DNA of 59,696 nt, the filler included, from Porpidia crustulata (taxonomy: Eukaryota), in the NCBI GenBank assembly GCA_964255105.1. It is 5 parts of 5 records of this genome, joined end to end, with 100 filler letters (N's around TTAATTAATTAA, not from the genome) between each part and the next. Parts side by side here need not be neighbours in the genome. Positions count along the whole stretch, not along the records: positions 47,849 to 59,696 come from CAXUWE010000592.1; 4 more parts are not named here. The stretch is one strand, 5' to 3'. Below the pieces are notes generated by a model, which was not told the DNA's origin, searched no databases, and saw only the letters and a program-made list of their open reading frames with translations. The number at the start of each line of letters is the position of its first letter. Position 1 is the stretch's first letter. The position numbers and the translations under genes are program-made. Positions 47,897 through 59,696 of the stretch are shown here, in pieces.

Positions 47897-50800
47897 TCAT
47901 TGGCGACGTAATGGTTGGAGCGAGGGTATTGCCCGGGCGCCATCGTCGTCTTCGTCCATCAAGCCGTTCGAGCCGGAAAGATCGCCAGTGGCTCTTCGGG
48001 GAGGAAGACGCGGCCCATCGTTTTCATCACTCGGTGAGCCTTTCTGCTGGTGCCGATTGCCTGTCGGCTGAGACGCTGGGAATTTCTTATTGGACTCGGG
48101 CATCGATATCGTGCCCGTATTTCGGCGAGGTGGTGGAGGCAGAATCACTGTTTTCTCTCGACTCGCCAGAGTACTCCGACGAGCTAGCACGCTGCTGCCA
48201 TCGATACTGCTAATCGACGCTTCCCGGCTATTTGGCTTGGAGAGAAGCATAGGCTTCTTGGGAACCGGAGGCGCTGGTTTTCGGGTGACTGTCGATGCCG
48301 ACGACGCTGCTGAAGCTAGGCTGGGAGTTCTAGACTTTTGCCCTGGAGTAACCGTTGTTGTCTGACCACCCTTATGGCTGTTGTCGAAAGGGATCTTCAC
48401 ACTGGGATCAAATGGTGGCGTAAGCATGCGCGAAGCTTCCAATGGTACTGCTTTGGGTGCGTTTCGACGTATGTGTAGATCTGCTGAGGTATGAGTAGTT
48501 ATAGGTTTGGGTACTACAACCCAATCTGGTTCACTGGCGGGGGTGAAAGGATTAGAAGGCCTTGAGGTATTAGGGATGGAGAGTTCCTCGGGAGGCCCAA
48601 CATTGGATCGAACCGGAAGACCTTTAATGCCATGTCAGAAAATTTTCTTCTGTCATCGTAGACTTTGTAGATTTCATACCATTATCCAACCACCACTTGC
48701 GGCGGTCCGAACTCGCAGGAGGCAGTCCAGGTGCTATAGAATCATATCCTATTAGATCCTCATCTTCGTTCTCGCCGTTCCTCGCATTGGCGGTTATCTC
48801 TCCCACATCGGCTCTCCGTTTCGCGTAAATTTCCTGGCTCAAGCTCTTCTTCAAATCCTCATCGATCGCACTTAGTGTACATTGGAAAGTAGCATACACT
48901 GGTCTGTGGTCGGAGAAGCGGAGTGGCGCCGTTGTGTAATTGATTTGCTTCAAATTGTCGCCTTTCTTGAGTACTCGATCACACCATGCTGGGATTCGGG
49001 CTTTCTCGCTGAACCGCATTAGCAAGACATATCTCGAAAGAGTAAAAGATTATTGACTTACGAACTATCATAATCATCTGTCCCGTTGTCGTATTTGTAT
49101 GTTGGTAGAAACGTGATGCGGGCCTCTGAATAGAAAGGAAATGTTCTGCCTGCTACCATCTGCAGATTCAACTGATCGATTCATTAGCAATAGAAAGACG
49201 CAGATATCTACATAGCTCTCACTTGATCATTCTGATAGAGTTTCTCGAGATCACCGGCATCGATCAGCCGGCGTACCTTATCATCACTCAGTCCAATTCG
49301 ATAATTGAAGTCTCCAAACCATATAATCGTATCATGGTCATCGATGGACCGCTTCCGCTGGAAGCGCAGACCACTATTGATATCCATGATCGTTCGATAA
49401 TCTCGATTTCTTTCTTCATAGTTGGCGAAGCCAGCCGCTAGATGCGCCGTTACGAAACAAATGCGAGTATTGGCATAATCCATTCTGATTGCCACAGCCC
49501 CTTTATTGCCTGCCATTCCCGACATCCCTGTCTTCACTGCATCAGTTTTCGAAATCGTACAAGGTCGCACCAAGAGAGATCACCTTTTTCACACTACCTT
49601 CAACGTTTTTGATGGTTGATAAGGCACTCGCTTTGACGAAGATCATAAGTGCAGCTCCAACAAGCTGCCCACTTCTTAGAAGTACGTACTCTTCTGTGGA
49701 ATGTTTTCGCGCGTTCACGTTTAATGTCTGTCTAACCGCCTGTTCCCACGCCTGACGCCTCACTGGATCTGTAGACATAATCTGCTGAGGGCTAAGCTCA
49801 ACAATCTCCTGAAATCCTACCGCAACGATCTCAGGGTACCGTTGAAGACTGTTCAATTGCGGGCACAGCCATACGGTAAGATCTTCTTTGACACCGTATC
49901 CTTTGCCATTCAAATTGAAGGTGCCCACGAATATTTGTATGACTTGGGACGCTGAGTATTCGTTGAGTCTGTTGAATTATTAATCTGTGGTCAAGCTTGA
50001 CAATCTGCTGATGTACCTTTTTTTGAGTTCGGTATTGACATAATCATTGATGGGATCATACAAATGCACAGGCGACTGCTCCATTAGACGCCCCTAGATA
50101 TAGCTCGTTAGCTGGCTCCCGAGGCCAAGAAATGTTGAGCATCTCACTAGAAGCATATCGATAGTGTTTTGTCTCCCTTTATCCGCAAAGTTATTTATGT
50201 ACATGCGGGTTGCACTTTTTCGAGCATCCGCAATAGCGCCAGCCAAAGACATTTTCCCATGTCTCGTGAATGAAGACTTCAAGGCTCCAGTGCCAGCATA
50301 TATTTTTGACAGTGCCTGGCATTTTGTTAGAAAGCTGCGGAGTGGGGCTAGGTACTGTTTCTCACATCTCCGTTGTCAGCCCAGAGACTAGAGTGTCTCA
50401 TCCATAAGTCTGCGGAAGCATGCTTGCTGCGATGGTTGAGAAAGGATTCGAAGGCCATCTGGCTGATGATTGTCTGTATAAGATTAGTCCGGTCGAGACA
50501 GTCCAAGCAATTCGTCCGGAACACCCCTTCCTGTTGTAATGCAAATGTAGGGCCGGTTTGCAAAGCCTTATCGATAGGAGCAGTTTCTGGACCAGACAAT
50601 CCAGCCTCGTCGCTCAGAAAATACGCGAAACTTTCTGCACGATCTTGAATGAGGCGCCGCACCAAACTTGCGGCTTCGTATCCACCGGGTCCTTTTGTTT
50701 CAGCGTGGAAGTCAAAGTGAGACTCTTGCAGTTCGTGGTGATCTGATGCTTCTTCAACGTCAAGGGCCTGGTTCAAAGGACTATGTGCAATATGATATTT

Positions 50801-52056
50801 GTATCTTGCTGATAATTCCGACTCTCCAGATTTCATCTCACTTAATAGATTTAGTATATGAACAGATCCATAATTCAAGCTTAATTGTTCAAAGTGTTTA
50901 TCAAACGCTGGCTGGGTGGCTTCTGCGGATCTAGTGATTTGTATCTTTTGCTGCCCAGGTAGAAGCCCTGGCGTCTGTTCCCAAAAGACTGGTATAGACC
51001 CTCGGATTTGGGCATATGAAAAACACAAGCCAGAAGGCTGATAGAAAGTAGTCTCGGTTTCCACAAAATTTGCTACGCAGCCATCATCGTCAATCCCCCG
51101 AGAGTTGAACCTTGTCCCAGCGCGTCGACAGGATAGTCGAGATATCAATGTTAATCCAGACGGTAGATTAGTTCTTGTAGTCTTGATGGGGGATGAGGAC
51201 GGAGGGATGAGTATTGTCGATACAAATCCTCTGATGGCTGAAGTCAGGATATGTGACGCATCCAGCGCTTCTTTTTCTTGAGCGGCCAGCCTTGAACGAA
51301 ACTTAATGAGTGGATCTATCATATACGAATTCCATAGAAAGTCTTCGTCGAGACTATCAACATCGAATGCGGATCCTTCAGATAGTCTACCAACGGTTAA
51401 TGTAGACCACTCACACAAGGGCACACTCTTACCTATCTTGTAAACGATTGGTGAGATCAAAGTTGACACTGTAATAGAAGGTCCCGCTGCTGAGAATTCT
51501 CTTGAGCTCAAGGCAGGGATGTTCGAATTGCGTTTCTCGAGAATCGGACCCATGGCCATAGTCATGTCCATTCGAAGCTGTAGTCTCCGTAGGATACGTG
51601 TTGATCTCGTCATGAAGCAGATAATCATAGTCATCTTTATTGAGACAGTCTTTGGTAGCATCAGCGATTTAGATAGATACTTGAGCCAATGCGACTGGAC
51701 AAGAGCGACTAACAAAATTCAACAGAAATTATTCGCTGCACAGTTTCTCCTGGTCTCACAGTGGCAACACGAACAGATCCACTGATAACGCAAAGAAACA
51801 CATCAGTATTGGTGTTGATCAAGCCTAAGGTACCATAGACACCAGCAGAGAGTGGACGGTAGTCTGCCAGGTCGACCGCGCTCAGAGCTGTGTACTCCAC
51901 CATACACCTAGGGTTCGAGGATTTGGCGGTAGGGCCATTGTTGTGAAAATCTGAAGCAGTGCTCGAAGCACTGTGGCGGAGTATGAGCGCATGAGATTCT
52001 GTCACAAGAGCTATGGCTCTCTGAGGATGATCTCGGAGAAGTACCCTCTGAGACAT
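47897..52056 (-). CDS. Synaptojanin-like phosphoinositide phosphatase (Sac1 domain + inositol polyphosphate 5-phosphatase + Pro-rich tail; Inp52/Inp53/Syj1 family), multi-exon
   Basis: Sac1 motifs RAGTRFNSRGIDD and RTNCLDCLDRTN; 5-phosphatase motifs GFQEIVEL, GNKGAV, WFGDFNYRI, PAWCDR and SDHRPV. Confidence 0.96.
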
Positions 52057-52484
52057 GATCAAAACTTAAGATCATGGTCTGCTCAATTGGAATTTCGTGA
52101 AGGATTCGAATCGTCAAATGCTGAATCGGGTAACCCACCGCTACTTATGGTTTGCTGCCACAAGTTGCCTTTTGGACTGCGGCTTGCCCGAGAAACAGCT
52201 CAAAGTTCACAAAGATTCACATTAAGATTCGATGCATTCAATTCACATCAATATTCAGTCTACTAGGTAAATACTAATAAGTAATTCTTGAGTTCACAGC
52301 CCGACAAATTGCAATTAATATAAGCTAGATACCATGCATCATATAAATGATATTTCTACTTCTCAGAGAGTCTCTGACCGAAGTGTAAGGAAGCTGTAGA
52401 CAGTAGCCAGCCCCTGCGTTGCCAGACATCTTCTCTTGAGCCTCATGATGCTTGCTCGTAGGGCAGCAGTATGAGAGGTCGGGC

Positions 52485-53085
52485 CTATGTCACGTTTGGC
52501 CTAAGTGTGACATCTTCAAGTTTAGTGATGTCCATAAATCGCCCCTGAAACGTCACTCTGAGCTCTTGGTTGGCGGCGAGAAAGGCCTTTTCAAGCTTCC
52601 TGGCACTCATTAAGATCTTTTGCTCTATGGCAGTCTTTCTTCCGAGTAAGGTACAGAGGGTTTGAAGTCGAAATTTTTGAGCTCTTGCACTACATCTTTT
52701 GTTAACCGATCATGTTGAACATTTTTCATTTTCAGACCAGGACCAAATGACTGACGCGCGCCGTGACAATTTGTCGAAGCTAGTACAGATGTCATCTTGC
52801 AATCTCTTGACGGCTTTTGAATGTTCAAGCATTGCATTATCCCGCCGGGCTTGCCGTCTCTTTTTAGTCTGACCTTGTGTGAGCTAACAGTATGCAAGAA
52901 TAAATCTCAACATGCTGTACCGCGTCCATCATCTTCAGTGCCATTTGCGTAACATCTAGGTCCTCTTGCTCTTGTGGCCTGGGCGGCATAAATGCCTGGC
53001 CGTCTACTTCACCCTCCAAGGCCGATGGCAACCTTGATCTGCTCTGCACCTTGGCCACATGCGCGCCTGGCCGCTTGGGCGCCAT
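52485..53085 (-). CDS. Small coiled-coil hypothetical protein (~160 aa, 3 exons)
   Basis: Spliced translation MAPKRPG...ALKMMDA|TKKRRQARRDNAMLEHSKAVKRLQDDICTSFDKLSRRA|ARAQKFRLQTLCTLLGRKTAIEQKILMSARKLEKAFLAANQELRVTFQGRFMDITKLEDVTLRPNVT*. Two in-phase GT-AG introns; head-to-head with PXR1. Confidence 0.7.
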
Positions 53086-53308
53086 GATCCCCTAATCTCC
53101 CAAGGTTCTTCGACGTAGGTTGGCGGCAATTGCAGACGTTGCTGTAGAGTTTTGGTTCAGCGCTGACGAAGGTGGACGGGCGCGAAACTAGTGGATATTT
53201 AGCCGAGGCCCGCGAAATCTGAATCACTCCGAGCAACATATTATCTACTCTATCACGATTGGTGTCCAAGGACCTTTCCCCGCGTGAACGAACTTGAAGC
53301 AGAATACG

Positions 53309-54492
53309 ATGGGCTTGGGGGCCCCCAGAAAGTATATCAGTGGTGTCAAATTCCTCAATGCATGCTAATAGACATAGACGGGTCAAGCTCTCGCATGATC
53401 CCAATAACACCACCTGGAGTCGATCTGCCAATGGCTATGGGCAGAAACTTTTATTGTCGCAAGGTTGGAGTCCTGGGGACCTCCTTGGCGTGAAAGATGC
53501 CCCCCATGCTAGCTTACACTCCCAGGCCAGTGCATCCCATATCAAGGTCACTCTAAAAGACAACAATCTTGGCTTGGGCGCAAAACATGGGGCAAGTGAG
53601 GGCCAATGTACTGGGTTAGACATTTTTCAGGATGTGCTGGGCCGTTTAAATGGTAAAGCACAGACGGTCATTGAAGCGGAGCAGGAGTCGAGAGCTGTGC
53701 TGAGAAGGGCAACCTACGCAGAAAATCGCTGGGGATCTCTCCGTTTTGTGAGCGGAGGCCTCTTAGTCAGAGATGAGATTCAGAAGCCTGTGAAGGAGAC
53801 CAGCCAGCCTCTGCCAGCCATTAAAGTTACATCATTATTAACCACACACGTTACACCACCGCGGGAGCTGGAAGAAATAGCAAAACCTGAGGATCAAGAC
53901 CGTACTGGGAACTCGCCCTCGTCTAAAGAAGTCAAGACGCCTAACAAAGTCGTTCACAGGAAAATTACGGGAAGCGCTCACGGTACCTTGGAAACAAGTC
54001 CCCAAAGAGCTTTATCCATAGGGAAAGACTGTGAAAGTGTTTTTGAGGTCGAACCTAAAGATACCACACATAGCAAGGATGAATTAAGACAGCCGAGTTC
54101 AGATAAAGCCCAAAGGCGAGCAGAAAAGGAACAACGTAAGTTGCAGAGAAAATTGAGACGAGAGGCCAAGAAAGCATCCCGCATGGATTCCAGTATGGAG
54201 CAATCGGCTATGACTGCAACCTCAATCTTACAAGAACAATCATCGCCACTCATAATAGCGCTTCCGCCTATGGAGACAGACAAGATACCTGACACTATCC
54301 CTCGTAAGATCGTTGCTAGTGGGAGACATATTGTTCGACAGCGCTACATTCGACATAAGAAGATGGCTGTGATGGATAAGAGAGCATTGAATGAGGTAGG
54401 GTATTTCCAACCCTTTCTTAAGTGGAAACCCAGAGCAGTCTGCAAGCTAATGCATTAAACTCGGATAGATACTGATGATAAAAGCGTTGTGA
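53309..54492 (+). CDS. PXR1: G-patch rRNA-processing/telomerase-inhibitor protein Pxr1 (PinX1/Gno1), 3 exons
   Basis: MGLGAPRK|RVKLSHDPNNTTWSRS, G-patch YGQKLLLSQGWSPG...DNNLGLGA, GLDIFQDVLGRLNG, VRQRYIRHKKMA...ALNE|ILMIKAL*. Confidence 0.95.
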
Positions 54493-54813
54493 ATTCGGGT
54501 TCCAAATATAACTAATCCTGTCCTACATTCTTCGCATATATACGATACGGAATAGATCTTGTCGATGTCTTCTCCAGGCTATCTATTTCCTTGGCGATAA
54601 GAAAACTCATGTGATTCCACAGCTTCTGGAAACGTCGTGGAAAACCCCAGTGTCGCTGATGTAACATGTCTCGCGGGCACTAGTGTATTTGAAAGTCTGG
54701 TTCCTGCCGAGCTGGTTCCTGCCGAGCATCGAGCATCGGGCATGCTCTCAACATTTGGACCCTGTGACTGATTTTATCATCCAGGAATCTACCGATGAAG
54801 GGCTTCTACTTAT

Positions 54814-55263
54814 CCAATGCCGGGTCATCCCCAACCCTGTTACTCAAAATGGCTGTTTGATGTTTACTAGCCGCAGAAATTTACGGGTCAACAAATAGCC
54901 GCTGATTTGCTCAACAATCAGATCGGAGATGGGCCCGCAGCGAGGTTAGCATTGCCAATCATGACGCTCTATCTCAATGCTTTCGAAGGTTCTCCTCAGG
55001 CACCTACTCCGTGCCATTGAGAAAGAATCACCACTTGTGATTGGCTCGTGCGAGATTGTTACACATTTGCTCTGCCAATACTTTCCCCATTACTCTGGAC
55101 TGCATGGGAGATAATGCGTTTCTGCCATTGATGGTGTCAGAATTAGCAGAGAGGGAGCGTAGCGCCATTGGCCATTACCTTTCAATGGCATTTGGCTGCC
55201 ATTAAAGAAGACGGCTGGAAGTGTCTGATTGGCTGACGCGTTATCATTGCGTGACCTGATGGC
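54814..55263. promoter_or_regulatory. Cluster of seven CCAAT boxes upstream of the 56024 gene
   Basis: CCAAT/ATTGG at 54814, 54955, 55040, 55075, 55167, 55228 and 55259. Confidence 0.5.
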
Positions 55264-56023
55264 TGTCTCACTTGAAGGATTGACAGAAATCAATGGTGGT
55301 TTCGCTACCTTATCTCTGGTAAAGAAGTATGTATAGCGTCATCAAATCACAAAGGCTGATCACGCGATCCTAGAGAAAAATACTGTCGTATGAGATCATC
55401 ATGAACGAATAATTAAGTAGATAGGTAGATACCTAAATACCTTATTTTACCTCGTTCATTGACTTGGATCGAGATTGCTCACCTTTGATAGTGAAGTTAA
55501 GCTACCCCTGTCTATTAGCGCTTCCACTAAATAAGCTTACATTGCTTTCCCCGCGTTTCGCTAGTGGCAACCTCTTGGACGATAACGCTGTCTTGTGTCA
55601 CCCCAAACGTAAACTCTACGCGCAGTAAACCAGCTACCTCTACCTACTCACCCTTCTTTATAAGCTGCTCAACTTTCATCTGTTTTCTTCTTTCTTTCCT
55701 TACCTTATTTCCACCCACCTGCTTCCTACTTCTTGTGCTTCTCACTTCAACCTTGAATCAGAATTGAGTGACGTTACCTATTTAAGATAATCAGGCGGAA
55801 CTTCGTCTTCTCTTATTCATCCAACCCTGACGACGATACTATCAGCTAAAGAGCGTGCCCTGCATATCCAAGGACATCCACTGAATAGAGGGTATGAATC
55901 AATATAGCCTACAACAACAGAAAGAAACGACTAATATTTGAATTGCGATTCTAGAGCATTTTCTACACTGATCGCTTTACGATCGACTTCGTAACAGTAG
56001 CAGAACAATTATCGATATACGCC

Positions 56024-56785
56024 ATGTCCAACGACAACTCACCAACACAATCACCTCCGTCTCCATCCGCCCGTCGTTCATCTTTCTCACCAGGCCAGAA
56101 GATTTCCGAACTCTTCGGTCGGTCGCCGAACGCGGCTGCTTCCGGCACCTCGGCCTACCCAGGCCCAATTGCGACTGCTGCAGCCAACGCACAAGCCCAG
56201 CAGCGTCGACGCATGTCCATCTCGTCGCTGGGGTTATCGGGTTCCCCAACGCAGCCTTCTGCTTTCCCGGGCGGCAGGGCTCGGCAAGAGAGCGTCTCGA
56301 GCGGCGGCTCTGGCTCTCCGTCCATCGATGAAAGTGCCATCGAGGAAGGTGATGCCGCTCCGAGCACATCACCGTCATCACCATTTGCTCGGAGGATGAG
56401 CTTCGGTGCACGAGCTTTGTGGGATGTTAGGGGAGGGCCTGGGAATACAAATGGTAGAGCTCCTATAAGTTCGGTTTCTTCCTCCACTAAAGGGCAGAAT
56501 CTGTCTTCATCTGTTGGTGGAAATTCAAGGAAAGCATCTAATAACTCTTCACAACGTTCAGGCGAAGGTTTCAATTGGTCTGAAGGGCTCAGATCGAGAG
56601 CCGAGAGATCGGCATCGAACGCAACTAGTCCTGTCGCTCCTGGCTCTGGAGCTAACCCCCGAGAACACCAGCGAGCGGCGAGCATGGCGGCAGTTGAGCA
56701 GCCGATCAAAGAGATGCCAAAGAGTCCCAAAGCTCCGGATCATTTCCAGGAGCGGATTTTGAAGGGGGACTTCTACATGGACTAA
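56024..56785 (+). CDS. Conserved filamentous-fungal Ser-rich disordered protein of unknown function
   Basis: RRSSF, RRRMSI and RRMSFG basophilic kinase-like sites, GFNWSE, and C-terminal PDHFQERILKGDFYMD. Probable 5'-UTR intron 55892-55954. Confidence 0.85.
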   Translation: MSNDNSPTQSPPSPSARRSSFSPGQKISELFGRSPNAAASGTSAYPGPIATAAANAQAQQRRRMSISSLGLSGSPTQPSAFPGGRARQESVSSGGSGSPSIDESAIEEGDAAPSTSPSSPFARRMSFGARALWDVRGGPGNTNGRAPISSVSSSTKGQNLSSSVGGNSRKASNNSSQRSGEGFNWSEGLRSRAERSASNATSPVAPGSGANPREHQRAASMAAVEQPIKEMPKSPKAPDHFQERILKGDFYMD

Positions 56786-57949
56786 GTGCCAAATTCTATC
56801 CAAAGCTTCTAACGACACGTTTTGTAAACCGTGGCAAAAACTCGGCACTCAGCCACGTTGAACACAGGATTATGTCGACATGTTGGTGCCTTGACGGACG
56901 CTCTTTACTGGCTTGCTATTCTCGCTCTTGGCTTCTGACGCTCAGCGACCCGATAAAGCTTCAAGCTCGCGCGCTAGCTTCGAATAGGATGGATGAATAA
57001 GGACTCAGGCCTTACTAGTCTACACTGGATGTACAACTACCGACTGCGAACAAGCTTCACCAGCCTTTGTTCCGTCACCACGATGAGACTTTCGACGACT
57101 CTTTCAACAGTACTTCAAAGTTCATGGTCTCAAGGCATCACGCCCTTTCAGTTTCTGGGACACGATATACGACTACAAAGATCTCACGGCACTCTTTTCT
57201 GAAACAAGACAATGGCGTCATGATCGTTCAGGAGGGAGTTTTCTGTAAGGTAAATTAGGAAGATAGCAGCAATCTAAGCTTGAGCGCTACGTGTACCAAT
57301 GAAATGGGTATACGACTTATGTTTCAATTGTCAACCACAGACAATGCCCTCCTCACTTGCCTCTTATTTATCATCATTCATGCTATTCACACATTTTTCC
57401 GCCCTTGTGCTTCAAGTCGCCTATCCCTATCTCCATGTTAGACAATCCTTAACCCCGCCATACCTAGTCGACCATTCCGTTTTCTTGCATGATAGCCAAC
57501 CTAGCGTATTTTATTTTCTCTCCTCGTACCCCACAGTATTATTATAATTAAATTTAACTCTCCCGTTTCCCAAGGCAGCGCTCTCGGATTGAGCCTCCTA
57601 CTACCTCTTTCGTACGAAAGCCAATCATGTCACCGTTGAAGGGTAGCCCCTTGGTTCAGAATTAGAAATATCGTGCAACCTTCGGCATCCCCAATCACAT
57701 TTGGCTGTGAGAGTGTCGCACTATGATGCCAAGGGTGTGCGGAGATGGTCCTTCCCCGCATTGTATGCAACGTTCGTCATTCTCACCTTTGATACATCTT
57801 CAGCCTTCACTCCTCGATAAACTTCTTTTTCCTCCCTCAAACTCTTACGTTCTCAGTTCTGTATATCTGCTTCTCTTGTTTCTCTTCCAGTCTATTCAAT
57901 TGGAAGATTGCCGATCACAAAAGTCACCTGAAACGTCCTACCCTGCGCA

Positions 57950-59410
57950 ATGGGCTCTCAAGCAGATATCCCGAAGCAGTACAAAGCTTGCGTCTACGAT
58001 GACCCAGGTAAAGTCTCCACCAAAATCGAGATGCTCGATATGCCGGAACCGGGACCAGGCGAGGTCCTAATCAACCTGTACGTTGACCTCTTTGCAATAA
58101 AAACATCAATGGACGGAGAGCCCTGCTTAACGGTTCTTCGCAAAACAGCACTCACTCCGGCGTGTGCCACTCCGATTTGGGTGTCATGGAGAACAGCGTA
58201 AGGCTCAACGACCTCAAATACAGATCTCAACAAAACATTTAGTGCTGAATGGTACCTACAGTGGGCATCCCTCCCATACCCTACCCGAAAAGGTCAGGTC
58301 GGTGGACACGAGGGCGTGGGGAAGGTTGTCAAATTAGGCACTGGGGCCGACAAATCAACCGTCAAGGTCGGAGATCGGGTGGGGATCAAATGGGTGGCCG
58401 GAACATGTGGCAGCTGTCGTAAGTAATCGTCCAATCTCGCGGTCTCTAACGACGTTTTACTTACAAAAGTGCAGCTCCATGCCTTGAGGGTATGGACGCA
58501 TTATGCCTCACTGCAAAGGTTAGCGGATACTATACAAGTGGCACATTTCAACAATACGTTATCAGTCCGGCAAAGTATGCTATCTCTGCTATACCCACCT
58601 CCTTTCGACTGATACTTACACCCCCGCGCCAACAGCTACGTAACCCCGATCCCTGACTCGCTTGATTCTGCCGACGCAGCCGTAAGTCGCTCCCTCTATC
58701 TTCCTAAATCCTAGCTGACCCCCGCAAAGCCCATGCTATGCGCCGGCGTTACTACCTACGCCGCTCTCCGCCGCTCCAATGCCAAATCCGGCCAGTGGGT
58801 CGTTATCTCTGGCGCTGGCGGCGGCCTCGGTCACATCGCCGTGCAGCTGGCATCCCGCGGCATGGCCCTCCGCGTGATCGGCATCGACGACGGCTCCAAG
58901 CAAAAACTCGTCTCCGACTCGGGCGCGGAGCACTTCATCGACGTGACCAAACACGACGACGAGTCCATTACTTCCGAAGTCACGAAATTAACCGGCGGCT
59001 TGGGCGCCTCGGCGGTGATTGTGTGCACGGCGAGCAACAAGGCGTACGCGCAGGGGGTCGATTTCCTGAGGTTCGGCGGAACGCTGGTGTGCGTGGGCAT
59101 GCCCGAGGGCGAGCCGCAGCCAATCGCCAAGAGCTACCCGCAGAAACTGGTGTTCAAGCAGGCAACGATCGCGGCGGTGGCGGTGGGAAACCGGCGGGAT
59201 GCGATGGAGACGATGGATTACGCGGCGAGAGGGATTGTGCGGACGCATTACCGGGTGGAGAAGATGGAGAAGTTGACAGAGGTGAGTTGGAAGTGGAAGC
59301 GAGGGAAACGTAATTCGAAGAATAATTTTGCTAACGACGTGGTATTGTAGATTTTCCAGCAGATGAAGGAAGGAAGATTGATTGGGCGGGTCGTGCTGGA
59401 TCTACAGTAA
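57950..59410 (+). CDS. Zinc-dependent alcohol dehydrogenase (AlcB/ADH II-like), multi-exon
   Basis: SGVCHSD, GGHEGVG, structural-Zn Cys cluster CGSCxPC...C, PMLCAGVTTY, SGAGGGLGH, terminal GRVVLDLQ*. Confidence 0.96.
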
Positions 59411-59696
59411 AAAGCTAATAGAGGGTAAAATATAGTGGCCAACTATACACCTAAAGGCGGACTGACAGCTAAAAGCGGTAGCAGACAAAGCTCGTAGCAT
59501 TTTGTCATATTACACGGCCAGCGATCCGCACCAACTGTACATAGTAGCACGGTGTACAAAATGTACAACCATCCAAGAACACTGTAAATAGGAATAATTT
59601 CTTAGCGACAAATGTAGTGCATGTTTCACAGTGTCAAAGCATCCGAGAATCAATATCACAATCTTGTAAATCCTCTTTTCGATCATGATACTCAAC

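Noticed and set aside
1..59696. tRNA, rRNA or ribozyme genes
   Set aside because: None recognised by eye; tRNAscan-SE/Infernal would be needed to exclude them.

Overview
Intron-containing DNA of a filamentous ascomycete (Pezizomycotina; inferred from gene content and GT-AG/CTRAY introns). The window is not one locus. It is five unrelated contigs (11882, 11858, 11855, 11853 and 11848 nt, i.e. size-sorted) joined by artificial N44-TTAATTAATTAA-N44 linkers. Contigs 1, 2, 4 and 5 carry mostly conserved genes: a PLP decarboxylase, NOP9, an Fcr1-like Zn2Cys6 factor, an MDR dehydrogenase ending in SKL, a beta-lactamase-fold esterase, DUF92/TMEM19, a Git3-type GPCR, UCH, PEX12, a Hrr1/SAD-3-like helicase, SPT8, synaptojanin, PXR1 and ADH. 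They also hold several spliced orphan genes the ORF track misses and a ~650-bp long-TIR foldback transposon with a target-site duplication. Contig 3 (23941-35795) looks accessory and holds the best candidate for an undescribed system: a head-to-head pair of an HSPA12-like Hsp70 ATPase with a C-terminal Zn2Cys6 cluster, and a protein with an N-terminal Myb/SANT-like domain and a C-terminal GrpE-like tail. Next to the pair are a self-inverted 12-bp minisatellite and decayed genes. All family assignments come from motif recognition by eye; no database searches were run.
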